64,000 bases of DNA. It comes from a virus (Duplodnaviria; Caudoviricetes). Numbering within the stretch: the first letter of the stretch is position 1; each line of letters starts with the position of its first letter. Below are positions 56,005-64,000 of the stretch, piece by piece. Both the position numbers and the translations under genes were made by a program. Where the stretch lies: positions 96,001 through 160,000 of the IMG/VR virus record IMGVR_UViG_3300047160_009226; one strand, given 5' to 3'. The notes beneath the pieces were generated by a model. That model did not search any database and had not been told where the DNA came from. It saw nothing but the letters and a program-made list of their open reading frames with translations.

Positions 56005-56568
56005 CTATCTCCTGGTAAACTGTCCATTGATAGATGGTTGATAGGGCACTGGGCCATCGTACCCCCTGTAAAGCCCCTTATATGGAAGGATTTCTCCTTC
56101 AGGCGTGTCATAGCTTATCTGACATATCGGCGTAAATGGAAAAATTACCACTGGAATAATTGAATAGATCTCTAATGTCCAACAACCTTCAAATCCGACG
56201 TCTCCAAAACCTGCTGTAGCGTGTATATGCAAACTCAGACGACCAGTAGAACTTCGTCCATCGAGCATAGGAATCAAATCCGGTGATATTGTATACTCAG
56301 CGGTCGATCCCAGATAGAACCATCCTGGCTTAATGAGAAACCCTTTCTCAGGAGTCATGTAAACAGAGTAATCCGGTTTGTTTATCTGACCCCAAACTAA
56401 AGGCTTTCTCCAAGGAGTAAACCAATATCGTGGTCGATAAACTAACAACCTCGGTCCAATAGACAGGTTATAACTATTCGGATTCACTCTCTCTTCATCA
56501 AAAGGTTTGATGGTTAATCGATTATCAGCGGCTCGCTTAGCGATCTCTTTTCCAGTCAATTTCGACAC
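56005..56568 (-). CDS. dcd: dCTP deaminase
   Basis: VNPNSYNL, GRSSTGRL, AGFGDVGFEG and TLEI motifs. Confidence 0.9.
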   Translation of the reverse strand: MSKLTGKEIAKRAADNRLTIKPFDEERVNPNSYNLSIGPRLLVYRPRYWFTPWRKPLVWGQINKPDYSVYMTPEKGFLIKPGWFYLGSTAEYTISPDLIPMLDGRSSTGRLSLHIHATAGFGDVGFEGCWTLEIYSIIPVVIFPFTPICQISYDTPEGEILPYKGLYRGYDGPVPYQPSINGQFTRR

Positions 56569-56590
56569 AATATTCCTCCCTTTTTTAAAA

Positions 56591-58108
56591 TCACCAGTAA
56601 CTACTAATTGAGAGTGCTTCTATCAAAGATGTTGGATATCCTCCTGGAATCAAAATTGATTTTCCTACAATCGGAGGAGCGATTTGTGGAGTCAAGGACT
56701 CTGGCAAACTTCCCATCCTCCTATATTCATCAAAGTGATCTGAAGGACATTGAATCGTAAAATCTACATGAGGATTTCCAGCACAGAGAGAAACAGTAGC
56801 TGCCGCTGGATATCGATAGGTTAGAGCCGCTGTAATAAAGAAATCGGTTCCCAAAAAAGATGTCATCTTGGGTCTGCCCAGCAATACCTTATTAATCCCT
56901 CGTTCAAGAGCCAATACCGGTCTAGGATGCTTGACTATAAGATACGTATCATTTTCTTCACTAATTTTAGTAGGAACAGGTCTGTATGTTGATGTAAGTT
57001 GATCTGGATCATCTTGCTGATTTCCGACCATCAACCAGCCTTCTGTCTGCATGAGAATCCGTGAACAACGATCCAGTCCCATTAATCGTTCTAAAGCAAG
57101 AACATAAGTATCTAACGTCGATCGCTCACTCGGTCGAAGATAGAGTCCTTGTTTGACATTATAAAGTATACTTGTAAGAGTTTGTGTCGTTTTACTAAAA
57201 GGATACGTTAAATACGGAAAATTTCCAATAAACGAAGCAGGTGGCTCTGTAATCACCGGAGGTGGCAACACAAATAGTGGAGGCCCTGGAGGACCTGGAG
57301 GTGGACTTGGCGGGACATGAGGATCTTGAATCGGCGGAGGAGGAAATGGATCGTAGTTTGCTGGAAATCTAAAAAGATGGGCATCCGTAAATGGTGCAAC
57401 CCAAAATCTAGTAACGTCAATCGGCCCCAATCTCTCTGAGATCTTAGTCATTGGAGGGATGACAAGATCTAACAAATCTGAATCAACAGGACTTTCAGGT
57501 GCTTTCCCATCAAGATACCAGTTTGGAACATTCCTAACAGCTGTATATCTAGGAAATGGTTGTGGTCCTTGATATGAAGGGTCCGCCCAATACTTATAAT
57601 CAATCAAAGAAGGTAGCGGAGGTTTCACCCCTTCGAACAGGGTGGACTTACTCTGCGAAGGTGGAGAAGGAGACGGAGAAGTGGAATAATTAAACAAAGG
57701 CGGGGGTGACCATGCGTTTATCCAATAGTACAATACAAACTTCTTCTCAGTCTCAAAATACTGCAACACAGGATCAACGGCTGACTCTATCAATGTTGCT
57801 GAAAAAGGACCTGATGTAGCACTATCAGAATCTGGCATAAGTGCAACAACTGGAATTAACTTTCCAGTCGGAGCACCATTAAAGGTGGTCGTAAGAAACA
57901 ATGCCTTGATTCCAGCTCCCCAGCCAATCAACCCTAACAAATTTCCATCTGGATTATCTCTGGTGACTCTGACATACGCCTCTGGTGTAGGTGTACCTGC
58001 ACTATACAAAGTAAATGCTGGCTGAAACTCTTCGAAGTTTTCTGCGATGACAGTCATCGCCTCCCCTGTCTCTGTGACCACAGATGAAGATAATCGCATC
58101 ACAGCCAT
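56591..58108 (-). CDS. Pro-rich protein, paralog family member A
   Basis: N-terminal domain ending YYWINAWSP and a SRILMQTEGW motif, both shared with 58354..59871 and 60200..63190. Confidence 0.8.
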   Translation of the reverse strand: MAVMRLSSSVVTETGEAMTVIAENFEEFQPAFTLYSAGTPTPEAYVRVTRDNPDGNLLGLIGWGAGIKALFLTTTFNGAPTGKLIPVVALMPDSDSATSGPFSATLIESAVDPVLQYFETEKKFVLYYWINAWSPPPLFNYSTSPSPSPPSQSKSTLFEGVKPPLPSLIDYKYWADPSYQGPQPFPRYTAVRNVPNWYLDGKAPESPVDSDLLDLVIPPMTKISERLGPIDVTRFWVAPFTDAHLFRFPANYDPFPPPPIQDPHVPPSPPPGPPGPPLFVLPPPVITEPPASFIGNFPYLTYPFSKTTQTLTSILYNVKQGLYLRPSERSTLDTYVLALERLMGLDRCSRILMQTEGWLMVGNQQDDPDQLTSTYRPVPTKISEENDTYLIVKHPRPVLALERGINKVLLGRPKMTSFLGTDFFITAALTYRYPAAATVSLCAGNPHVDFTIQCPSDHFDEYRRMGSLPESLTPQIAPPIVGKSILIPGGYPTSLIEALSISSYW

Positions 58109-58353
58109 TATAATTGCCTCATGTCAACTGGTATGAACCTCTCCGTGACTCCTAATACCACGGCCCTCTGAGAAAAAATGCCCAAAAAAATAAGATCCAT
58201 ACCAATAAAAATAGGAATAGAGTTTCTCTATCCCTAGTACACGACATACCAACAGTCTATGGGCTACACAAACCGAAGTTTTAGACGGATTAGCGAGGAG
58301 GAAAATAAGACAGTGCTTTTTCTAACCAATCTAGATAAAATCATTTTATATTA

Positions 58354-59871
58354 TCAATAAGAAATAAAATCCAAATGAAATTGATATACATCGTAGAACT
58401 CAGCTGCAACATCACAAGGATCTGACATGACCCAATCCACGGCTGCTTCTTGAAATAAGTCCGAAGTCGCACCATCTGTCAAAAATCCATCATCGAGTAT
58501 AGCCGTCCCGATATCGGGATAATCGTTCCAAGGAAACCACACACGATCCGCATTAATAAGAGTCCGATAGTTCGTCGTAACAGGAAAGACACCAACAACT
58601 TGTGGAAAGTTCAATACTACCATTGACACTGTCGTTTCTTCTTCCTGCGTTGGCCACCACGGACCTCGAAATGTCCAATTAGTGCGGGGTAAAGAAAATG
58701 CACAGTCCAAACTAAATTTCAATTCACCATGAGAATTAAAATAAGAAGCGAGAAATTGTTTAGATATCGACTTGAAGATCGCCCCGTCCAATATCCATCC
58801 CTTCGCATACATGAGCACTCGCGTCGAATTCACCAGATTAGCGTGATCAAAATGAGCTTTCAATGCGTTGACAATGATCAAGTGATCTTCCCAATTCGTT
58901 GTCTTTAAAAACTCAACACCCACTCCAGGCAGACAAGCAGGTTCCATCTCACGGGTATATGGATTAGATTCTCCTACAGGAATAAACTCAGGGACATCTC
59001 GTATCGAAGCTTGCCTGATGTGTTCACCCGCTGCTATAATTCCACCCCGCCGTTCCCAGTCATCCCGTGCATCCGAAGGATCCGCCCCAAAGTCCGCAGG
59101 CGGTGGCCCGGGATAATCCATCAGGCCCCTCTTGATTGCGTCCTGAAGCCAACGGGCCCCCGAGGTCATAGGCATCCGTGGATCGCCATTAGCCTTACTC
59201 TCCCCCATAATGATATTAGGTACCCCCTTCACTCCCATGGGGAAATAGTCGAATTGATATCCCTCAGGAATCGGTGCAATCCAGAATGGTTTAGTTTGAT
59301 CAAAAGCTGAAGGATTTGTCTTTGGTACTAAACTTCTCAACCACGTTGGAGATTGTACATCTGGAACACTATGTGCTGCATAAAATGTATTGGGAGGAGC
59401 AGGAAGTTTTCTCGTTAACAACTCAGATGGTGGACCTGGTGGAAGAGACAGTAAAACACTTGGAGTAACTGAAGGAGGAGGTGATAATGATTCATTTGAT
59501 ATATAGTCCGGAGTCCATGCATTCCACCACCACAAACAGTGAACTGTTTTAGTAGTTTCATCAAATCCTACAGAAAGACCAATGGCATTATGAAGTGGAA
59601 AAACTTTAATAGGCCGTGCTCCATAATTTGCATCTTTATACATACAAAGAATCGGCACAGGAAACGACTGAACCTCCTTCTTGGAAAGCAAAGAATAACT
59701 GATCCGACTTCCTATAGGATAGATCTCCTCCTGTATAAGAATACTTCCAGATGATTTCGGTAAGTTCACTTTAAACGCAGGAATACTATACTGAGCTGCC
59801 TCTGTAATGACAGTCAGTGATTCTCCAGAAGGAAGTGTAACTACTGATGGTCTCCGTCCAATAACCGGCAT
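58354..59871 (-). CDS. Pro-rich protein, paralog family member B
   Basis: WWWNAWTP and STRVLMYAKGW. Confidence 0.8.
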   Translation of the reverse strand: MPVIGRRPSVVTLPSGESLTVITEAAQYSIPAFKVNLPKSSGSILIQEEIYPIGSRISYSLLSKKEVQSFPVPILCMYKDANYGARPIKVFPLHNAIGLSVGFDETTKTVHCLWWWNAWTPDYISNESLSPPPSVTPSVLLSLPPGPPSELLTRKLPAPPNTFYAAHSVPDVQSPTWLRSLVPKTNPSAFDQTKPFWIAPIPEGYQFDYFPMGVKGVPNIIMGESKANGDPRMPMTSGARWLQDAIKRGLMDYPGPPPADFGADPSDARDDWERRGGIIAAGEHIRQASIRDVPEFIPVGESNPYTREMEPACLPGVGVEFLKTTNWEDHLIIVNALKAHFDHANLVNSTRVLMYAKGWILDGAIFKSISKQFLASYFNSHGELKFSLDCAFSLPRTNWTFRGPWWPTQEEETTVSMVVLNFPQVVGVFPVTTNYRTLINADRVWFPWNDYPDIGTAILDDGFLTDGATSDLFQEAAVDWVMSDPCDVAAEFYDVYQFHLDFISY

Positions 59872-60101
59872 TTGTCAACAATCTCCTTCCATAATGCTCG
59901 GATCACCCTTACCACACTTTTAGGCATCCAGAACGGAGAGGTCAGTACCGTAAGAACCAACCCGATGATAAAAATCGTATACCTTGTCGTAGGCGATATT
60001 TTCTCTACCACCATCTTCATGTTCTGAATCGTCACAATCGCTGCCAGCGACATGCACACGAATACGTAAATCACCAAAATTTGCAAGATCGATCCCATCA
60101 T
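59841..60101 (-). CDS. small two-TM membrane protein
   Basis: Two hydrophobic segments; upstream promoter variant. Confidence 0.65.
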   Translation of the reverse strand: MMGSILQILVIYVFVCMSLAAIVTIQNMKMVVEKISPTTRYTIFIIGLVLTVLTSPFWMPKSVVRVIRALWKEIVDKCRLLDGDHQ

Positions 60102-60131
60102 TCTCTCCCGAAGTAGAAAATCTCTCTCTAT

Positions 60132-60158
60132 ACTATACCCAGCTTTCGGGAGAAATTC
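60132..60158 (-). promoter_or_regulatory. putative promoter GAATTT-N15-TATAGT (variant)
   Basis: Minus strand reads gaGAATTTctcccgaaagctgggTATAGT. Confidence 0.5.
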
Positions 60159-60199
60159 TCCTTAAATCAAAAATTTTTTTCTCTAAGCTTATCAATGAT

Positions 60200-63190
60200 C
60201 TAGCAAGGCCATAACGGCCTGATTCTTTTTCCAATTGGAATCATTTCATCAATACTTGTCCCCGAAACAGGAGTCGTTGGAATACCAGGTAATGCTGGTG
60301 GTCCAGGATTTACCGGAACCGGATCAAATCGATCCACGATATTCCTAAAGTATGCAACTGGATTTGATCGAAGATAGTCCAAAAAGTAGAAAGACGGAGC
60401 TGATTCCTCAATTCCAAGTCCGATCACCTTAACCGGATTCGTTGTGCCTGGAGTGATAGAAGTAATAATCCCTGGATTAACATTCATCCCTCCAAGATCT
60501 GGTCGTAGCGGATAAGGTACGTTCCCTTGTAAATAGATGTTCTTTCCCTGGATAAATGTCTTGACAACCACTGGAGGATTTAAGATCAAATACGGTCTCA
60601 TAGGAACCTCTGCCTGATACGCTCCTTCAGGAATCCCCTTTTCAGCAGAAGTCGCAATTGGATCAGGCATCCCAGCCACTTGTGTAGTTCCGATCGACAA
60701 GGCCAACCCCCTGAGATCACAAGTCTGATTTACTCCTTTTGGCACTACTTCTGTCACACCAACTTGAAATAACCAGACTCCCATAAAACTACTAAAATTA
60801 TTAGTTGTTAAACCATTAATTGTCATAACTCCAGTGTTGATCTGCATCTCCAACATAATTTGATTTTTATAAGTCGGAACCATTTGATTTGGTGGATCTA
60901 TTGGATTCGGAAAAAGGAATAAATAGTTTCCTGTTTGACCTCCAGTCGCTTCAACTGTTCCCCTCCATTTAGCAATTGATTGATCAGTATTTTGAATAGA
61001 TGGCATACTTGTTCGCGTAATAGTTGCCTTAAACGTCATCGGAACCTTCCGGCTCTCTGAACAAGGTGTAGGCGGCGTACCATCAGGTGTATTATAGTAA
61101 ATATCCTCCATCACAAAAAACAGAACAGTCGCTTCTCCATGCAATCCAGAACTATCCTGAACATGAATTCGAAAAACATAAGTTCCTATTTGTGTAGGTG
61201 TTCCATAAAATAACCCATTGATATCAAATAACATTCCAGGTGGCATTCCCCCACTTCGTGATGCTGGAGGAAAATTAACATTCGGAATTAAATTTCCATA
61301 TATATCAAAAGGATAGGGAGGAGTTGGCTGACCCTCCAAAATCGGTGTACGTGCTGGATCATTAGCACTTGATCTTGTTCTTCTCAGACACCATTGATAA
61401 GGACCAGTTCCTCCGGATACCCTAAACTGATGTCCTACTTCCCCAGGTGTCGAAGCCGCAAATCCCGGTAGAGCCACCCCAAAAGGAAACAAAAGATTGG
61501 AATTTACAATCGTAACCGTATTAGGTCCTTGATATTCGCTATTCACGACTGCCGGAGTCAAATCAGATAGCCCGACTGTCAAGCCGCCAAACTGTTCCAT
61601 AACTACATCATCTACAGGTGGAGTATCTTCAATCAATACTAAATTTTGTACTTGTCCTTTAGCCATCATCAGAACTCGAGTTCCCATTCTACTAGCTTGA
61701 ACTTCTCTTTGATGATAAAGGTGTTGTGTATAAGTATTCATCGAGTCTTGAATAGCAGTGAGGTTGAGTAATCCTCCTTCCTTTTGTACTTGATCAGATG
61801 AAATCAAACCAGGATCATGTGGTAATGCCTTATAAGCATCCGTAAACTGAAATGGATCAGTGTCTTTGCCAGGTGATGCTCCATCTACAGCCAAAAGACT
61901 ATTCTTGTTCGTCCTGTTGTAAATTCCAGCCCAACCACCACCTGGATCTAACGGAGGATCTCCAACGGAATAATCGAAATCGACATTTTCTGTGGTTCGC
62001 TGAAATGCATGTGGTTCGTTGGCATCCAGCGGAAGTGTAAACGTAATAGGAGTCTGCTTATATGTATTATAAAAAGCGTCTATGTTTGATTCCTGCGAGA
62101 TGGAACATTGCAACTTCCCATCTACAGACACCACGTAAATTGATGTAAACCCATCACCAGTAGCACGACTTACTGGAATATACATCTTATCAATGTATAC
62201 ATTAAAGTTGAGTGTTACATTTTGCTCTGTATGAGAGTGCTGGAAATCTATCGTTGCAGAATAAATGATCAAAGAATTAGGTGCGTCTTTGTTAGAAGGA
62301 ACTTGTAAAGTATAAGGGTCATTTTGATCTGCACCGAAAGTCCATACAAAAGGCTGCACTTCAGACCCAATTGCCGCTGTACCTTGCATCCTCACGACAG
62401 CCTTAGGATTTCCATCCCGAAAAGGTCCGTTCGTTGGATCCTCTCCAGCGTCTGGTTGATCTGAACTAGATAAAGGAAGATTCAAGCTTTCCCTGATGCT
62501 GCCAGGTACTTCTCTTCTCGCCAAGACAATCTGCACAAATAAACTCTTCCAAGTCATTCCCTGTTCTGGCTGATTCCCATTCGGATCTACTCCCAAGTTA
62601 ACCGTCAAAGTCCCACTACGTCCAAATATCCCCGTTATCGGGAAATGATTCGGTCCAATCGGTGGTGGAAAAGTCATCACCTGATTCACAGGTTTATTAA
62701 TCGCCTGTAATGTTGTCCCATCTGGATCTTGATAAGTTTTCCAATCACCTCTCGTTAAGGCTGCAGCGGGAACCAAATGAGTCGGAACACAAGAGATCTG
62801 AATAGGTACACTATTCAATGGAGAAAAAAGATTCCACCAGAATAAAACGGTGACCTCTTTTGTTGTAGGAAAATATGTTAGATCTAACCCCTGAGCATCT
62901 CTAAGATAATGAGCTGTTTTCGGATTAGGGCCATCTCTTGCGTTGTTTTCCAGTATAAAAATCGGAGTAACCGTCGGATTAGTCTGAGCTTTATTGCCAA
63001 CCGTTTGAAAGAGCCACCCAAGCCGCTCATTACGTTGAGGAGCCTCACGACATACAATCAATCTCCCACGGCTTCTAGGATCAAGTAACCATGATTGTGC
63101 TCTGACTCTCTGCGCGCATTCAGATAGAACTGCTAATACTTCCCCACTCTCCAAAACAACCATCGCTGGGTTTCTTGCGAAAAGTGGCAT
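60200..63190 (-). CDS. Pro-rich paralog family member C with putative Ig-like (He_PIG-type) domain(s); likely structural
   Basis: LFWWNLFSP, GTRVLMMAKG, and VSGGTGPYQW..MPPGM..GLFYGTPTQIGTYVFRIHVQDS. Confidence 0.8.
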   Translation of the reverse strand: MPLFARNPAMVVLESGEVLAVLSECAQRVRAQSWLLDPRSRGRLIVCREAPQRNERLGWLFQTVGNKAQTNPTVTPIFILENNARDGPNPKTAHYLRDAQGLDLTYFPTTKEVTVLFWWNLFSPLNSVPIQISCVPTHLVPAAALTRGDWKTYQDPDGTTLQAINKPVNQVMTFPPPIGPNHFPITGIFGRSGTLTVNLGVDPNGNQPEQGMTWKSLFVQIVLARREVPGSIRESLNLPLSSSDQPDAGEDPTNGPFRDGNPKAVVRMQGTAAIGSEVQPFVWTFGADQNDPYTLQVPSNKDAPNSLIIYSATIDFQHSHTEQNVTLNFNVYIDKMYIPVSRATGDGFTSIYVVSVDGKLQCSISQESNIDAFYNTYKQTPITFTLPLDANEPHAFQRTTENVDFDYSVGDPPLDPGGGWAGIYNRTNKNSLLAVDGASPGKDTDPFQFTDAYKALPHDPGLISSDQVQKEGGLLNLTAIQDSMNTYTQHLYHQREVQASRMGTRVLMMAKGQVQNLVLIEDTPPVDDVVMEQFGGLTVGLSDLTPAVVNSEYQGPNTVTIVNSNLLFPFGVALPGFAASTPGEVGHQFRVSGGTGPYQWCLRRTRSSANDPARTPILEGQPTPPYPFDIYGNLIPNVNFPPASRSGGMPPGMLFDINGLFYGTPTQIGTYVFRIHVQDSSGLHGEATVLFFVMEDIYYNTPDGTPPTPCSESRKVPMTFKATITRTSMPSIQNTDQSIAKWRGTVEATGGQTGNYLFLFPNPIDPPNQMVPTYKNQIMLEMQINTGVMTINGLTTNNFSSFMGVWLFQVGVTEVVPKGVNQTCDLRGLALSIGTTQVAGMPDPIATSAEKGIPEGAYQAEVPMRPYLILNPPVVVKTFIQGKNIYLQGNVPYPLRPDLGGMNVNPGIITSITPGTTNPVKVIGLGIEESAPSFYFLDYLRSNPVAYFRNIVDRFDPVPVNPGPPALPGIPTTPVSGTSIDEMIPIGKRIRPLWPC

Positions 63191-63194
63191 TCTT

Positions 63195-63446
63195 TTATAC
63201 CTGAAGATTATCCAACTGAATCAATTCAGCATTAATCAGTAAATCATGCCAATTACCACCCTCTTCTGATGGCCTAGTATCTGTCTCCCAATTAGCAAAG
63301 ACTCCATAGACATTAAATCCATTGAAGCAGTGGGCCTGAGCTTCCTCTTCTGTTTTCCATACAGAACCTCCCACCGGCTTTATAGGGCGCATTTGATTCT
63401 CAAAATAACCTTCATATAAAACTTTCTTGCCGACACAATAGATCAT
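63195..63446 (-). CDS. hypothetical protein
   Basis: 83-aa ORF. Confidence 0.65.
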   Translation of the reverse strand: MIYCVGKKVLYEGYFENQMRPIKPVGGSVWKTEEEAQAHCFNGFNVYGVFANWETDTRPSEEGGNWHDLLINAELIQLDNLQV

Positions 63447-63461
63447 ACCTTCAAATCCTTT

Positions 63462-63830
63462 CTATTCAATATCAGAAATTCCCATCTCTTTCATAAACTT
63501 TCTTCCATTCTCACTAAGCTTCAATTTTTTCTTGTCGTCTTCTTCAATAGAAACTATCTTTCTTTCGATACCTTCAAGAATTACATGGAATGCTTTCCAA
63601 ACCACTTTAATTGGACCTAATGAATCAGATGACCAGTCATTGACCCACAGCGTGACTCGATAAAACCTTTGCAACGCTGTAGCATATAGAGGAATCACTT
63701 CTATCTTTGAAAACTTCTGCTTACAAGGATACTTTTTAACAATCTCATCTAGTATCTTTCGTTTACAAGCCTCCGAACACCATGCCATGTCAACCTGATT
63801 CTCAGGTAGGTCAAGTTTCGTGGTACTCAT
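63462..63830 (-). CDS. hypothetical protein
   Basis: 122-aa ORF with a GGGGTG SD. Confidence 0.7.
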   Translation of the reverse strand: MSTTKLDLPENQVDMAWCSEACKRKILDEIVKKYPCKQKFSKIEVIPLYATALQRFYRVTLWVNDWSSDSLGPIKVVWKAFHVILEGIERKIVSIEEDDKKKLKLSENGRKFMKEMGISDIE

Positions 63831-63882
63831 GGCTCACCCCCTATGAGTATCTAGAGAAAAAACCCTTGTTTGAACACCTCCC

Positions 63883-64000
63883 CTATTGACTCGAAAGAAT
63901 TCGAGGTCTCTTCGGATCTCGTGACTGGAGTACGTACAAAACCCTTTTAGCGGGAATATAGTTATTACCATTTGGACCGAAGTAAGCACCAGGACCAGTG
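63883..64000 (-). CDS. 3' end of a gene entering from beyond the window
   Basis: Open frame TGPGAYFGPNGNNYIPAKRVLYVLQSRDPKRPRILSSQ ends at TAG 63883. Confidence 0.4.
   Translation of the reverse strand, partial: TGPGAYFGPNGNNYIPAKRVLYVLQSRDPKRPRILSSQ

Noticed and set aside
58152-58247. 31-aa hydrophobic microprotein MSCTRDRETLFLFLLVWILFFWAFFLRGPWY
   Set aside because: No SD; hydrophobicity may just reflect T-rich intergenic sequence.
1066-62040. Plus-strand ORFs in the track
   Set aside because: All lie antisense to longer, motif-bearing minus-strand genes and have no recognisable features; treated as shadow ORFs.
63888-63911. Short hairpin ctcgaa..ttcgag as a terminator
   Set aside because: It lies inside an open reading frame and lacks an adjacent U-tract.
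1-64000. CRISPR array, tRNA or rRNA genes
   Set aside because: No repeat-spacer periodicity or cloverleaf was recognised; the few intergenic gaps are short.
1-64000. Stop-codon recoding
   Set aside because: Conserved enzymes are intact under the standard code, and TAA, TAG and TGA all end genes at sensible positions.

Overview
This is a 64-kb segment of a large dsDNA tailed phage genome, probably a big myovirus-like or jumbo phage. It is densely coding, every convincing gene is on the minus strand, Shine-Dalgarno sites are strong (AGGAG-type), and the standard genetic code is used. Contents in plus-strand order: two tandem PLOD/LH3-like glycosyltransferases; small hypothetical genes behind a repeated promoter motif; a GT2/GT7 glycosyltransferase; bacterial-type clamp-loader delta and delta-prime homologues; degenerate Cas4-like and HAD-like genes; several large multidomain proteins with Arg/Ser/Ala-rich linkers, including a NUDIX + ADP-ribosyltransferase-like fusion and a four-repeat protein; a free-standing GIY-YIG/NUMOD3 homing endonuclease; a tail-fibre block (chaperone-like gene, three ~510-aa fibres and a 3175-aa fibre, all sharing one tip domain); three different sigma-70-family genes; a papain-like peptidase; a family A DNA polymerase split into two genes; a stand-alone primase zinc finger; DnaB and SNF2 helicases; class II ribonucleotide reductase; dCTP deaminase; and a three-member Pro-rich paralog family. 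The best leads are the split PolA with clamp-loader subunits, the NUDIX-ART fusion, the three sigma factors plus a GAAAAW-N15/16-TATAGT promoter motif found seven times, the four-tip fibre array, and a candidate U-UUU-UUA -1 frameshift. All family assignments come from visual motif recognition; no database searches were run.
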